Assembly: GCA_030697645.1 (NCBI GenBank)
Contig: JAUYPI010000006.1
Span: 76,017 to 140,016, forward strand
Origin: a bacterium
GTDB lineage: Bacteria; Patescibacteriota; Minisyncoccia; Phycocordibacterales; VMGT01
Reading direction: 5' to 3'
Length of the DNA: 64,000 nucleotides
In this document: positions 17,013 to 26,202 of the stretch, piece after piece
How positions within the stretch are numbered: the stretch's first letter is position 1
Layout: each line of letters starts with the position of its first letter
The notes under the pieces: model-generated
The model's input: the letters and a program-made list of their open reading frames with translations, nothing else
What the model was told of the DNA's origin: nothing
Databases searched by the model: none
Translations under genes and position numbers: made by a program

Positions 17013-18164
17013 GTGTGTGCTATACTCTCCCTGATGCCGAGCGTCGCGCTTTATAGAAAATATCGTCCAACGAGTTTCGCCGAGGTTGCGGGTCAGCCGC
17101 AGGTGACGAGGGCGCTTGAGGGTGCTCTTAAGGGTGGCTCGATTGCGCACGCCTATCTCTTTGCTGGTTCGCGGGGCACGGGCAAGACCTCGGTTGCGCG
17201 CATTTTTGCGCGCGCGGCAGGCGTCGGCGAGAGCGATCTTTACGAAATAGACGCGGCGTCAAACCGCGGCATTGACGATGTGCGCGCGCTCCGCGAGCAG
17301 GTACATACGCTACCCTTCGGCTCGCCGTACAAATGCTACATTATCGACGAATGTCATAGCCTGACAAAGGACGCGTATAACGCGCTCCTCAAAACCCTCG
17401 AGGAGCCGCCGCCGCACGCGCTCTTCATCCTCGCAACGACCGAACTCGAGAAAGTGCCGGAGACCGTTGTCTCGCGCTGCGAGCTCCACCGATTCCGCAA
17501 ACCCGCGCTCCGCGAGCTCGGCGAGTGTGCGCTCTCGGTCGCGGAGGCGGAGGGCTACACGCTTGAGCCGCAGGCTGCGGAGCTTGTTGCCCTCATCGGC
17601 GATGGGTCGTTTCGTGACACGCTCGGAGCGCTTCAGAAAGTGTTGAGCGCGGGCGGCGCTGATGCACTGGCCGACAAAAAAATAAAACGCTCGCTCATCT
17701 CTGCTGATGCCGCCGCGACAATACTCGGCGCACCATCCGCCGCACTCATCCGCGATTTTGTCGGTGCACTTGCGGAGCGCAATCTCCCCGCTGCGCTCGC
17801 CCTCGTGGGCACTGCGGCAGGGCAGGGAGGAGACCTTCGGCTTTTCGCCGAACTTTTACTGAGGCGATTGCGTTTTATCCTCCTGCTCCGCTACGCGCCG
17901 GACATGGCGGATTTTATTCGCGGCGAGCTCTCGGACGAAGACTTTGCGACGGCAAGAGAACTTGCACGCCGCTCCGATACCCCCATCAACTCCGCCACGC
18001 TCGCCGTCTTTCTCGCCGCCGCTGCGGAGATCCCCCGCGCTGCAATCCCCGAACTCCCCCTCGAGCTTGCACTGGTAGATTCACTCGATCCCTCAAATGA
18101 TAAGATTGTATATGCGATGGTTGAAGGAGGCACTCTGCATTCCAAAAAGAGATATCGTATGTGA
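17013..18164 (+). CDS. dnaX: DNA polymerase III gamma/tau subunit (short form)
   Basis: YRKYRPTSFAEVAGQ...GSRGTGKTS (Walker A)...YIIDECHSLT...SRC motifs. True start probably at MPSVALYRKY (17034). Confidence 0.8.
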   Translation: MCAILSLMPSVALYRKYRPTSFAEVAGQPQVTRALEGALKGGSIAHAYLFAGSRGTGKTSVARIFARAAGVGESDLYEIDAASNRGIDDVRALREQVHTLPFGSPYKCYIIDECHSLTKDAYNALLKTLEEPPPHALFILATTELEKVPETVVSRCELHRFRKPALRELGECALSVAEAEGYTLEPQAAELVALIGDGSFRDTLGALQKVLSAGGADALADKKIKRSLISADAAATILGAPSAALIRDFVGALAERNLPAALALVGTAAGQGGDLRLFAELLLRRLRFILLLRYAPDMADFIRGELSDEDFATARELARRSDTPINSATLAVFLAAAAEIPRAAIPELPLELALVDSLDPSNDKIVYAMVEGGTLHSKKRYRM

Positions 18165-18393
18165 AATTTATATTCACGAAACAGCTGATTGTGTGAGGGT
18201 GATCAATTTTTGGGCGGATATAATTTCTTTCAACAAAGAAGATTTTACAAGAATTTATTTCAAAAAACATAAGATAGCAACTGTCCGTAAAAACACCGGA
18301 CAGTCTTACAATGGATCATTGAGAGTGCGTATCAGAAGAAGTTCTCGTCTTAATCGAAAGGTGTCTGGATGGATAGGCGGATTAGCAAATAAT

Positions 18394-18467
18394 TGCGGGG
18401 TCGTCTAATGGCAGGACACGGGACTTTGGATCCCGTTATGAAGGTCCGAATCCTTCCCCCGCAGCCA
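18394..18467 (+). tRNA. tRNA-Gln (anticodon TTG), CCA encoded
   Basis: Acceptor TGCGGGG/CCCCGCA with U1-A72. Anticodon stem CGGGA/TCCCG with loop CTTTGGA. T-loop TCCGAAT. Discriminator G then CCA. Confidence 0.75.
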
Positions 18468-18540
18468 GCGTGGAGACAAGGCGGTGAGAGCCGCTTTTTG
18501 GCTTGCCGTTGAGCCATCGGGGTCTTTTCTCTTCAAAAAA

Positions 18541-18569
18541 TTGACGCCCACCTTCCTTTGACCTATACT
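18541..18569 (+). promoter_or_regulatory. Sigma-70-like promoter TTGACG-17-TATACT upstream of the secreted-protein gene
   Basis: Consensus-like hexamers with 17-nt spacing, about 70 nt before ATG 18637. Confidence 0.4.
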
Positions 18570-18636
18570 CCTCAAAGCACCATGCAAGGTCGATGCGCAT
18601 ATAGGCGCTTAATTTTAACAAATATATCTTAATCTT

Positions 18637-20130
18637 ATGAAAAAAATAACAAAAATACTTTGGATTAAAGTTGGAGTGTTGTCTCTTTTGGCCGTTTTTT
18701 CTCTGTTTCTCTTGAATACTGCACGGGTTATCTTTGCGCAGGGAACGCCAAAAACGGAAATCTGCAATGGCATAGACGACAACGGCGACGGAGTTATAGA
18801 TGAGGGTGTCAATTGCGATCACTATTTAAGTTATCTCGTAAATAAACCCATCAATCCGGTGAACATTGTTCTGGACGATCAGTTCATTAACCCTACGGAT
18901 TTCGTGGTTTTCTCAATTGAAAGATTGCTGAATCCGGTTAGGAAAATTCATCAGGGGCTATTGTTTGATCCCAAAAGACCGGATCTTCATTATGTGGCGT
19001 ACGGAATTCAAAGCCCCGCCCCATTTGCGCCGCGTTCCGTATTCATAGAAAATCAGTTTGAACGACGGACAATCTCGGCGCTGAAGCCCCGCTATCTGCT
19101 GACGCCTGCCGGTAAGAGAAAGATCGGTATTCCTATTGATACCGTATTGTCCACAGCGCCAGACTCTCTGGTAGGTAGGCTAGTGGCGGCAATCGTTCCG
19201 TCTATCCCCAAGAATGCCGACCACTATCTCTGCTATGACGTAGAACCCTACACTCTTACCGATGGCGTATTGCTCGGGGATCAATTCCAAAAAAATACGT
19301 TTGAACTGATCCGTGCGCGCTATCTCTGTAACCCCGTAGAAAAGACCCATGACGGAAGGATCAATGAAATTATTGACGAAAGGAATCACTTGATGTGCTA
19401 CGAGGTCATCCCGCATAATTCTCTAAATCGCCCGGTTCTCACCAATGACCAATTCGGAGTCAAGGCACTCAAGGCCGTGCGAACAGAAGAAGTCTGTGTT
19501 CCAACAGTTAAAACACACCTGCCTATAGATGTCTGTGTCCGACCAGATGTTGATGGAACGGCGGTGCTTTTAGATTCTGACACACTATATCAAAACACTG
19601 GCGGGCAACTGACGATTGTACCGCTCTCGCCGGTGGGGACAGGACTTACGGCAGACGTTATGCTCCAGAGCGGCCCCGATACGGTTATTACGCGCGGTGG
19701 CAGTCCGGAATTAGGAGAAACATATCTTTTCGAAACCGAGATGCTGCAGTTGTCACTCTCGGGAGGCGGCCGTGTCTTGCATATGCCTGTAGGCGGGAAG
19801 ATTACGACTAGCCCACGAGAGCCGGGAGAGCCGGTGCAATCGTTTGATACGGATATGTTCGAGCTGCAGGGGCAGTTGCCTCCTGGGGATCCTGATTTTG
19901 ATTTACTTCGCATTACCGCCGGAAGTGGTTATGGCTTACCAAGTCCCGGTCACACCATGCTAACTGCACAGCCGGACGGGAGTTGGGCCGTGGACAGTTT
20001 CTTCGACATCACCTACCGCATCGACTTTGTCGGAGCGCCGGGGGGGCCTCTCGCAGGCCAGAGCGGATCAAACGTCGGCACGCTTCGATTACAGAATCAG
20101 AATACTTGTACGCTTGTACGCCCCGAATAA
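18637..20130 (+). CDS. Secreted protein (497 aa) with N-terminal signal peptide and MopE-like Cys/Asp motif CNGIDDNGDGVIDEGVNC
   Basis: Signal peptide MKKITKILWIKVGVLSLLAVFSLFLL. Lower GC than the flanking genes. Confidence 0.55.
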   Translation: MKKITKILWIKVGVLSLLAVFSLFLLNTARVIFAQGTPKTEICNGIDDNGDGVIDEGVNCDHYLSYLVNKPINPVNIVLDDQFINPTDFVVFSIERLLNPVRKIHQGLLFDPKRPDLHYVAYGIQSPAPFAPRSVFIENQFERRTISALKPRYLLTPAGKRKIGIPIDTVLSTAPDSLVGRLVAAIVPSIPKNADHYLCYDVEPYTLTDGVLLGDQFQKNTFELIRARYLCNPVEKTHDGRINEIIDERNHLMCYEVIPHNSLNRPVLTNDQFGVKALKAVRTEEVCVPTVKTHLPIDVCVRPDVDGTAVLLDSDTLYQNTGGQLTIVPLSPVGTGLTADVMLQSGPDTVITRGGSPELGETYLFETEMLQLSLSGGGRVLHMPVGGKITTSPREPGEPVQSFDTDMFELQGQLPPGDPDFDLLRITAGSGYGLPSPGHTMLTAQPDGSWAVDSFFDITYRIDFVGAPGGPLAGQSGSNVGTLRLQNQNTCTLVRPE

Positions 20131-20334
20131 ACCCGCGATGCGTTGACAGAATTATCAGAACGACCAAACGCCTCCCCGTGCGATATCGGGGAGGTGTTTG
20201 GGGGGTTTCTGTGCAACAATTTTTGCTAGAATCAGTTCAATTGTCGCTATGAGCAAAGATGTCGGGCGACCCCCGCCGTGCGAAAGCTCCAAGCTTCAAA
20301 AAACAAGCTCCAGTTCATGTAAATTCCAAGCTCC

Positions 20335-20470
20335 AACCAACAATTTCAAAACAAACTTCAAATTCCAATGCATCAAATCTCAAACACGTACGTCGTGTTT
20401 GGAAATTGGATTTTGAATATTGAGATTTGTTTGGAAATTGTTGGTTGGAAATTGGAGCTTCGTCGTGGTG
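20335..20470. repeat. Intergenic k-mer palindromic element (ttggaaatt family), long imperfect inverted repeat centred on cacgtacgtcgtg
   Basis: caaacttcaaattccaatgcatcaaatctcaaacacg | cgtgtttggaaattggattttgaatattgagatttgtttggaaattg. Shares an exact 21-mer with the element at 59359-59379 (reverse complement). Confidence 0.7.
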
Positions 20471-20523
20471 TGACATTGGGTGTGTGTCTCCGTCGGCAAT
20501 TTCGTTATTCAAAGTCTGTAAGT

Positions 20524-21144
20524 ATGTACACTGCGCGAGAAGTACACATTGTGGTAGGAATTGACGAAGCAGGGCGAGGACCACTCGCCGGGCCTTTGGC
20601 TCTCGGGGCTGTCGCCCTCGGTAATATTCAACACTCGGTGTTGAACAAGTTATCCACAGGTTTGGGGCCTCTGCGCGATTCAAAACGGCTTACCGCAGAG
20701 CAGCGAGAGCAGTGGTTTGCCGCCCTCGTGAGTGTGCAGAAGAGAGGCGAACTTCGCTTTGTGGTAACTTTCGTCCGTGCATCGGTGATTGACGCGCGGG
20801 GTATCAGCGCCGCGGCGCGGCTCGCCGTGGCGCGCGTACTCCGAAAACTCACGCTGGTGCCTCGGCTCTCGAGTGTGCTTCTCGACGGACTGCTCATCGC
20901 GCCGAAGCGCTTCAGAGAGCAGCGCACGATCATCCGCGGCGATGAGACAGAGCCGCTTATTTCGCTTGCATCAATTGTCGCGAAGGTGCTGCGGGATCGC
21001 CACATGGTGCGTATGGCCCGTCGCTTTCCGAACTACGGCTTCGAGCGCCACAAAGGCTACGGCACGAGTGCCCATTATGCCGCGCTCGAGCGGTACGGGC
21101 CCTGCGCGATCCACCGCAGAAGCTTTTTGCGCGGTGTGATTTGA
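20524..21144 (+). CDS. rnhB: Ribonuclease HII
   Basis: VVGIDEAGRGPLAGPL (DEAGRG catalytic motif). About 206 aa from the internal ATG at 20524. The upstream part of the tracked ORF runs through the repeat element. Confidence 0.8.
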   Translation: MYTAREVHIVVGIDEAGRGPLAGPLALGAVALGNIQHSVLNKLSTGLGPLRDSKRLTAEQREQWFAALVSVQKRGELRFVVTFVRASVIDARGISAAARLAVARVLRKLTLVPRLSSVLLDGLLIAPKRFREQRTIIRGDETEPLISLASIVAKVLRDRHMVRMARRFPNYGFERHKGYGTSAHYAALERYGPCAIHRRSFLRGVI

Positions 21145-21286
21145 ATCTCTACGTTCCAGTGCTGCTGTCAAGCCACAGCCGAGAGAGTTGTCATGGCCTC
21201 GCGGCATGATACAATGTGCATACGCATTTCCGCTCGGCAATTCTGCAATTTGAAATCCGAAGTGAGCAGTTGAAATTGTGTAAACC

Positions 21287-22306
21287 ATGTTTGAAAACAA
21301 CGCCATCTTTTGGGTCGAAGTTGACAAGATCAGGCCGAACCCGTACCAGCCGCGCCGCGAGTTTGACGACGCGCGGCTACGCGACCTTGCGGACTCCATT
21401 CGCCAGTACGGGGTGCTGCAGCCGATCGTGGTCTCGCGCATCGAGGTGCCGAAAGAGGACGGCGGGCTTGCGGTCGAGTACGAACTCATCGCCGGAGAGC
21501 GGCGGGTGCGGGCCTCGAAGCTCGCTGGCATTGCGCAGATACCAGTCATCATTCGTGGCGGGCCTGAGAATGACCGCACGAAGCTCGAGCTTGCAATAAT
21601 CGAGAATCTCCAGCGGGAGGACTTGAGCCCCATCGATCGTGCCCGCGCATTCGCGCGGCTTGCGGGCGAGTTCGGTTTTTCTCACAGCGAGATCGGACGC
21701 AGGATAGGGAAGAGCCGCGTGTCGGTGACAAACACGATCAGGATCTTGGGCTTGCCCGAGGAGATACTCGCTGCGCTTGCCGAGAAGAAAATAACCGAGG
21801 GACACACGCGGCCGCTCCTCATGCTCACAACGAGGGCCGAGGAGCAGCTGACGCTCTTTCGCGAGATTGTGTTGCGACAGATGCCCGTGCGCGAGGCCGA
21901 GGGCATCGCGCGACGTATCGCCGTCGAGCGAGCGCGGAAGAGGATAAATGACGACCCGGATATTCTCGCGCTCGAGCGCTCGCTCTCGGAGCGCTTCGGC
22001 ACGCGCGTACAGATTGAGCGGCGTGGGGATGTCGGCGGCAAAGTGGTCATTGACTATTTCTCGCCGGACGACCTCAACAATATTGTTGCTCTGCTTCAGG
22101 CGCGCCAGAGTGCCGCCGCAGCGCTCGAGGCGCTTGAGCGACCTGTCGCTTCGGCGGAGGACATGGGATTAGAAGCTACTGGCGACGCTGAGACGCTCGT
22201 TGTTCCCGAAATACCTCGTGGTGAAGATGTGCCGACTCCCGCGCCACAACCTCTCGAAGAGCAAGACGACGCCGACCTCTACACAGTCAAAAATTTTACG
22301 ATTTGA
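21287..22306 (+). CDS. parB: Chromosome partitioning protein ParB
   Basis: NPYQPRREFD...LRDLADSIRQYGVLQPIVV...LIAGERRVRASKLAG (ParB box) and an HTH. Confidence 0.8.
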   Translation: MFENNAIFWVEVDKIRPNPYQPRREFDDARLRDLADSIRQYGVLQPIVVSRIEVPKEDGGLAVEYELIAGERRVRASKLAGIAQIPVIIRGGPENDRTKLELAIIENLQREDLSPIDRARAFARLAGEFGFSHSEIGRRIGKSRVSVTNTIRILGLPEEILAALAEKKITEGHTRPLLMLTTRAEEQLTLFREIVLRQMPVREAEGIARRIAVERARKRINDDPDILALERSLSERFGTRVQIERRGDVGGKVVIDYFSPDDLNNIVALLQARQSAAAALEALERPVASAEDMGLEATGDAETLVVPEIPRGEDVPTPAPQPLEEQDDADLYTVKNFTI

Positions 22307-22531
22307 CAAATTTATAAGCTCGTGTACGCTTTTATAAGCGTTTGTTCTGTATTGTGAGGGATATCGAGATATTTCAAGAAATTTTTGACAAGTCACAGCC
22401 AAAATCAGCAAATTTCAGGCCGGAATGAAGATAGTGGATAGGCTCTAACACCATAAGTCATTCAGTGAGGTAGCATACGCGTCCGTACGCTATATCTTTG
22501 CGTAATACGCTTTGGAGCATATACTTGAAGC

Positions 22532-23275
22532 ATGCAACCGGACGTCGAGGACAGTTATTTGGTGAAAACGGTCGGTTTTGAAGGACCGCTCGACCTCCTG
22601 CTTACTTTAATCGAGGATCGAAAACTTTCGATCAGCGAGGTTGCCTTGGCTTCCGTGGCGGATGCATACACGGCACATGTACGGGCCCTAGAGCGTGTAC
22701 CGGTGGGCGAGACCGCGCAGTTCGTGCTCACCGCTGCAACACTCCTCCTCATAAAGTCGCGCTCGCTCTTGCCGACGCTCGATTTCACGAGCGAGGAAGA
22801 AGGCGACATTCGCGATCTCGAAGAGCGGCTGCGGCGGCTCGCTGTCCTGCGCGAGTCGGCGCGAGAGCTCGCTCGTTTGGCGGCAGGTCCGGCGCTCTAT
22901 GCGCGTCGTGCTCGCGTTGAGCCGATTCCGATTTTTGCGCCCGGAAGTCGGCTCACCATGGCGGTTATTGTCGAGACTGTCCAGGGCATCGTGAGTTCGG
23001 TGTCGTCCGAGGCGTCTCGTATCCCGGAGACTCTTGTACGCCGGACGGTACACCTAGAAGAAGTGGTGCGCACGCTCGCCGAGCGGATCGAGCGTGCGTT
23101 TGCAGTGAGTTTTTCCGACATCAGAGCGGCATCACGGGACCGGCTTGATCTTATAGTAAGCTTCCTCGCGTTGCTTGAACTCGTGAGGCGCGGCGGGGTA
23201 GCTGCCGCGCAGGAAGCGCCGTTTGCGGACATTACCATTGAAGGCGATCACGTGGGCGTGCCAAGGTACGACTAA
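22532..23275 (+). CDS. scpA: Segregation and condensation protein A
   Basis: FEGPLDLLLTLIEDRKLSISEVALASVADAY. About 247 aa. Confidence 0.7.
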   Translation: MQPDVEDSYLVKTVGFEGPLDLLLTLIEDRKLSISEVALASVADAYTAHVRALERVPVGETAQFVLTAATLLLIKSRSLLPTLDFTSEEEGDIRDLEERLRRLAVLRESARELARLAAGPALYARRARVEPIPIFAPGSRLTMAVIVETVQGIVSSVSSEASRIPETLVRRTVHLEEVVRTLAERIERAFAVSFSDIRAASRDRLDLIVSFLALLELVRRGGVAAAQEAPFADITIEGDHVGVPRYD

Positions 23276-23280
23276 CGAAT

Positions 23281-23317
23281 TTCAAATTTTCAAGTGACCA
23301 ATTTCCAACAGGGCGTC
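23281..23317. repeat. Short copy of the ttggaaatt-family element immediately after the scpA stop
   Basis: cgaatttcaaattttcaagtgaccaatttccaacagg matches 55957-55993 at 31/37. Confidence 0.6.
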
Positions 23318-23575
23318 ACGATCTTGCTTGTTACCTACGCCCTGCGTGTGCTTGCTATCGCCTTTATATTCTCCTTGCCATCGTTGCCGCAAAGTACGGC
23401 TGGCGGTTCGCGTGCGGTTTTGGAAGGCATAACTGACCTGCCGCACTTTTAAGAGTCAAGGCAGGTTTACCGAGCGAGCGGTCTGTGCTTTTTTATCTAG
23501 CGTACACACGCCCTCTCTTGCGGGAGAGGGCGTGTGTTGCTTGCTGCACTGCCGCATGTTGCGTGTTGTCCGTTG

Positions 23576-24016
23576 CTACCCCTTGTCCTCGAGGATGTTG
23601 TCCACGTCGAGCCTGAACGTGGCGCTTTTTTCTCCCGCGCGCACGGTGTAGGTGCCAGCCGGGAGCGCGAAGACGTCGAGCACAGCCGTTTCCTCAAACG
23701 GGGTGAGTACCTGTGCACAGAACGCCCCCGCGGGCCGCATGGTGCGGACGTCGAGCATAAATGTTTTGCCTGCGCGCGATTGATTTACCGAGGCGACTCG
23801 CGTACAGGCGTCCGAGAGCGAGCCCGTTACCCGCGCGTGCACCTGAACAGGGAACGACTCGAGCACTTTAAGTTCGAGCGATTCGATATACGCACGGCCA
23901 CCTACTTCTGTATTCGTATTCGGCCTCTCCGGCGCCTCGGCGCTCTTGCCGCGGAAGAAAAAAAACCCGCCGACGAATATAAGGATGATGCCGCCTATCG
24001 CAAGCCCCATTTTCAT
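23576..24016 (-). CDS. Hypothetical membrane-anchored/secreted protein
   Basis: Start chosen at MKMGLAIGGIILIFVGGFFFF (signal anchor). The rest of the tracked ORF upstream is probably not coding. Confidence 0.4.
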   Translation of the reverse strand: MKMGLAIGGIILIFVGGFFFFRGKSAEAPERPNTNTEVGGRAYIESLELKVLESFPVQVHARVTGSLSDACTRVASVNQSRAGKTFMLDVRTMRPAGAFCAQVLTPFEETAVLDVFALPAGTYTVRAGEKSATFRLDVDNILEDKG

Positions 24017-24147
24017 ACTTTTTAGTATACCGCCTTTTCCCGCGTGCGCAATCCCTGTATGTATTGCGGAACGGTCAGTCGCAATAGCGAAACCCACCTC
24101 CTCAAAGACGGGGAGGTGGGCGTAGGAAGTTTGCACCCGGCTCTCTC

Positions 24148-24597
24148 TCAAGATTGAGCCCGTTTGAGAGTAATTTCGCCGGTAAGGCCATGGGGCGGAG
24201 TTAAGAGGAGGACGCCCTCTATAGAAAAAGTGCTGTCATTGGCGTATGGCGCATAAGCGAGGCGCCACTTATCAGACGGTTGCGTGGCAGTGATAGCGAT
24301 GATGCGACCAAGGTGTCCACCACACGGGCTTCCGTCTGGAATGATAAGGGTGGCATCGTCTTCGGCCAGAACGATCTTTCCATGCGTATCGCGATGACCG
24401 CGTATTTTAGCCACGCCGATACTCTGAACTCCACTGATCGTGCCACTGATAACGTGGTGCTCCCACCCTGCCTCCACTTTTGAGTCATGAGTAAAATTGA
24501 ATCCCCAACCCACCAATTCTTGCGACGTTTCCACTTTTGCGCCCGCATTCTCGAGCAGGTCAAACATCCATTGATTTGCCGACCTAGAATTTTCCAC
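24148..24597 (-). CDS. Hypothetical protein (149 aa)
   Basis: ORF with a 4-nt overlap to the downstream gene. No recognisable motif. Confidence 0.35.
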   Translation of the reverse strand: MENSRSANQWMFDLLENAGAKVETSQELVGWGFNFTHDSKVEAGWEHHVISGTISGVQSIGVAKIRGHRDTHGKIVLAEDDATLIIPDGSPCGGHLGRIIAITATQPSDKWRLAYAPYANDSTFSIEGVLLLTPPHGLTGEITLKRAQS

Positions 24598-24774
24598 GAG
24601 CGTGCCCTTCCTGTGTTTCTTTGCCGTTTCGATTGTGACTCCGGCTGAAATTCTATAGCCTTAAGGCGACAAAGTCAAATTGCCCTTCTCGCCGTTGGTT
24701 ACGTGAGTGAGTTGTAGGGAAGATTGCTTGGCATTGGAATATCCGGCCGGAAGGTTTTTTGTTACGATGCACGT

Positions 24775-26076
24775 ATGCACTTCATTGTCGACTTTCATAC
24801 GCACTCGCACTACTCGCGGGCGACGTCGCCCGAGATGAATGTCTCGGGGCTCACGCGCTGGGCGCAGCTGAAGGGCACGACGCTGATCGGCACCGGCGAC
24901 TTCACACATCCGCTCTGGTTTGCCGAGATGCGCGAGACGCTTGAGCCGGCAGAGAGCGGGCTTTTCAAGCTCTCCAGCGCAGAGGAGCGCGAAATCGCGC
25001 GTGAGGTGCCCGAGCGCTGCCGCGCCGCAATGCGCTTTCTCCTCACCGTCGAGGTGAGTACGATCTATAAGCGCGCCGGGCGTGTGCGCAAGGTCCACAG
25101 TCTGATTCTCGCGCCGTCGTTTAAGGTCGCAGCGAAGGTTAATGACACACTGCGGCGCATTGGCAACATTTCATCGGACGGCAGGCCGATCCTCGGTCTC
25201 GATACCGAGGAGCTCCTTAAAATCGTGCTTGATGCGTCCGAGGAGTGCATGCTGATCCCTGCCCACGCATGGACGCCGCACTTTGCCGTGTTCGGATCGG
25301 CGTCGGGCTTTGATTCCCTTGAGGAGGCGTTTGGCGAGAGCGCGAAATATATCCATGCGATTGAGACGGGGCTCAGCTCTGACCCCGCGATGAACTGGCG
25401 GCTCTCCGCGCTCGACAGGCTTGCGCTCGTTTCAAACTCCGACGCGCATTCGCCGCGCAAGCTCGGTCGCGAGGCGAATGTTTTTAATACCAACCTTTCC
25501 TATGCCGCGATCACCGGGGCGCTCAAGCGCAATGACCCAGAGGCTTTCGAGAGCACGATCGAGTTTTATCCGGAGGAGGGGAAGTACCACCTCGACGGTC
25601 ACAGGCTTTGCAAGACGCGCCTCAAGCCCGAGGAAACCCGCGCGCGAGGCGGGCTTTGTCCCGCGTGTGGAAAGCCCGTAACTGTCGGCGTTATGCATCG
25701 CGTTGCTTCACTTGCAGATCGTGGGCCAGGCGCGCGAGTGGCCGGCGGGCGGCCATTCCGGAGCATCGTGCCGCTTCCCGAGATCATCGCCGAGGCGCTC
25801 GAAGTCGGGCCGCAGAGCAAGCGCGTGGACGAGCGATACTTTGCGCTCCTTGCTGCGCTCGGAAACGAATTTTATATTCTCCTCGATGCGCCGATTGAGG
25901 ATATCGCGCGCGCTTCGACCTCGCTCATCGCGGAGGCAGTCCGCCGCATGAGGGCGGGTGAGGTACATATCGCCCCAGGCTACGATGGGGAGTACGGAAC
26001 CGTCAAAATTTTCGACGATGGAGAACGTATAGCGCTCGCCACGAGAGCGGCGAGCGCGCAGACGAAGCTGTTTTGA
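24775..26076 (+). CDS. PHP-domain phosphoesterase with C-terminal CxxC...CxxC zinc ribbon
   Basis: VDFHTHSHYSRATSPE (PHP motif I), further His/Asp motifs, LCKTRLKPEETRARGGLCPACGK. Confidence 0.55.
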   Translation: MHFIVDFHTHSHYSRATSPEMNVSGLTRWAQLKGTTLIGTGDFTHPLWFAEMRETLEPAESGLFKLSSAEEREIAREVPERCRAAMRFLLTVEVSTIYKRAGRVRKVHSLILAPSFKVAAKVNDTLRRIGNISSDGRPILGLDTEELLKIVLDASEECMLIPAHAWTPHFAVFGSASGFDSLEEAFGESAKYIHAIETGLSSDPAMNWRLSALDRLALVSNSDAHSPRKLGREANVFNTNLSYAAITGALKRNDPEAFESTIEFYPEEGKYHLDGHRLCKTRLKPEETRARGGLCPACGKPVTVGVMHRVASLADRGPGARVAGGRPFRSIVPLPEIIAEALEVGPQSKRVDERYFALLAALGNEFYILLDAPIEDIARASTSLIAEAVRRMRAGEVHIAPGYDGEYGTVKIFDDGERIALATRAASAQTKLF

Positions 26077-26202
26077 CGAGGAGTTTGCCGGTGGGGGGGG
26101 GATTGACTCCAGTAAGCTCCACTTACTCACTGCCCGTGAACTCAGCCGTGCGTTTGAACGTGCGATTTTTTGACTCGCAGAAATTTTTCTCGTCTGGTGT
26201 CG

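Noticed and set aside
23500-23540. Hairpin cacacgccctctcttgcgggagagggcgtgtg as terminator
   Set aside because: It is a perfect stem-loop, but the U-tract lies on the wrong side for either flanking gene orientation. I left it unannotated.
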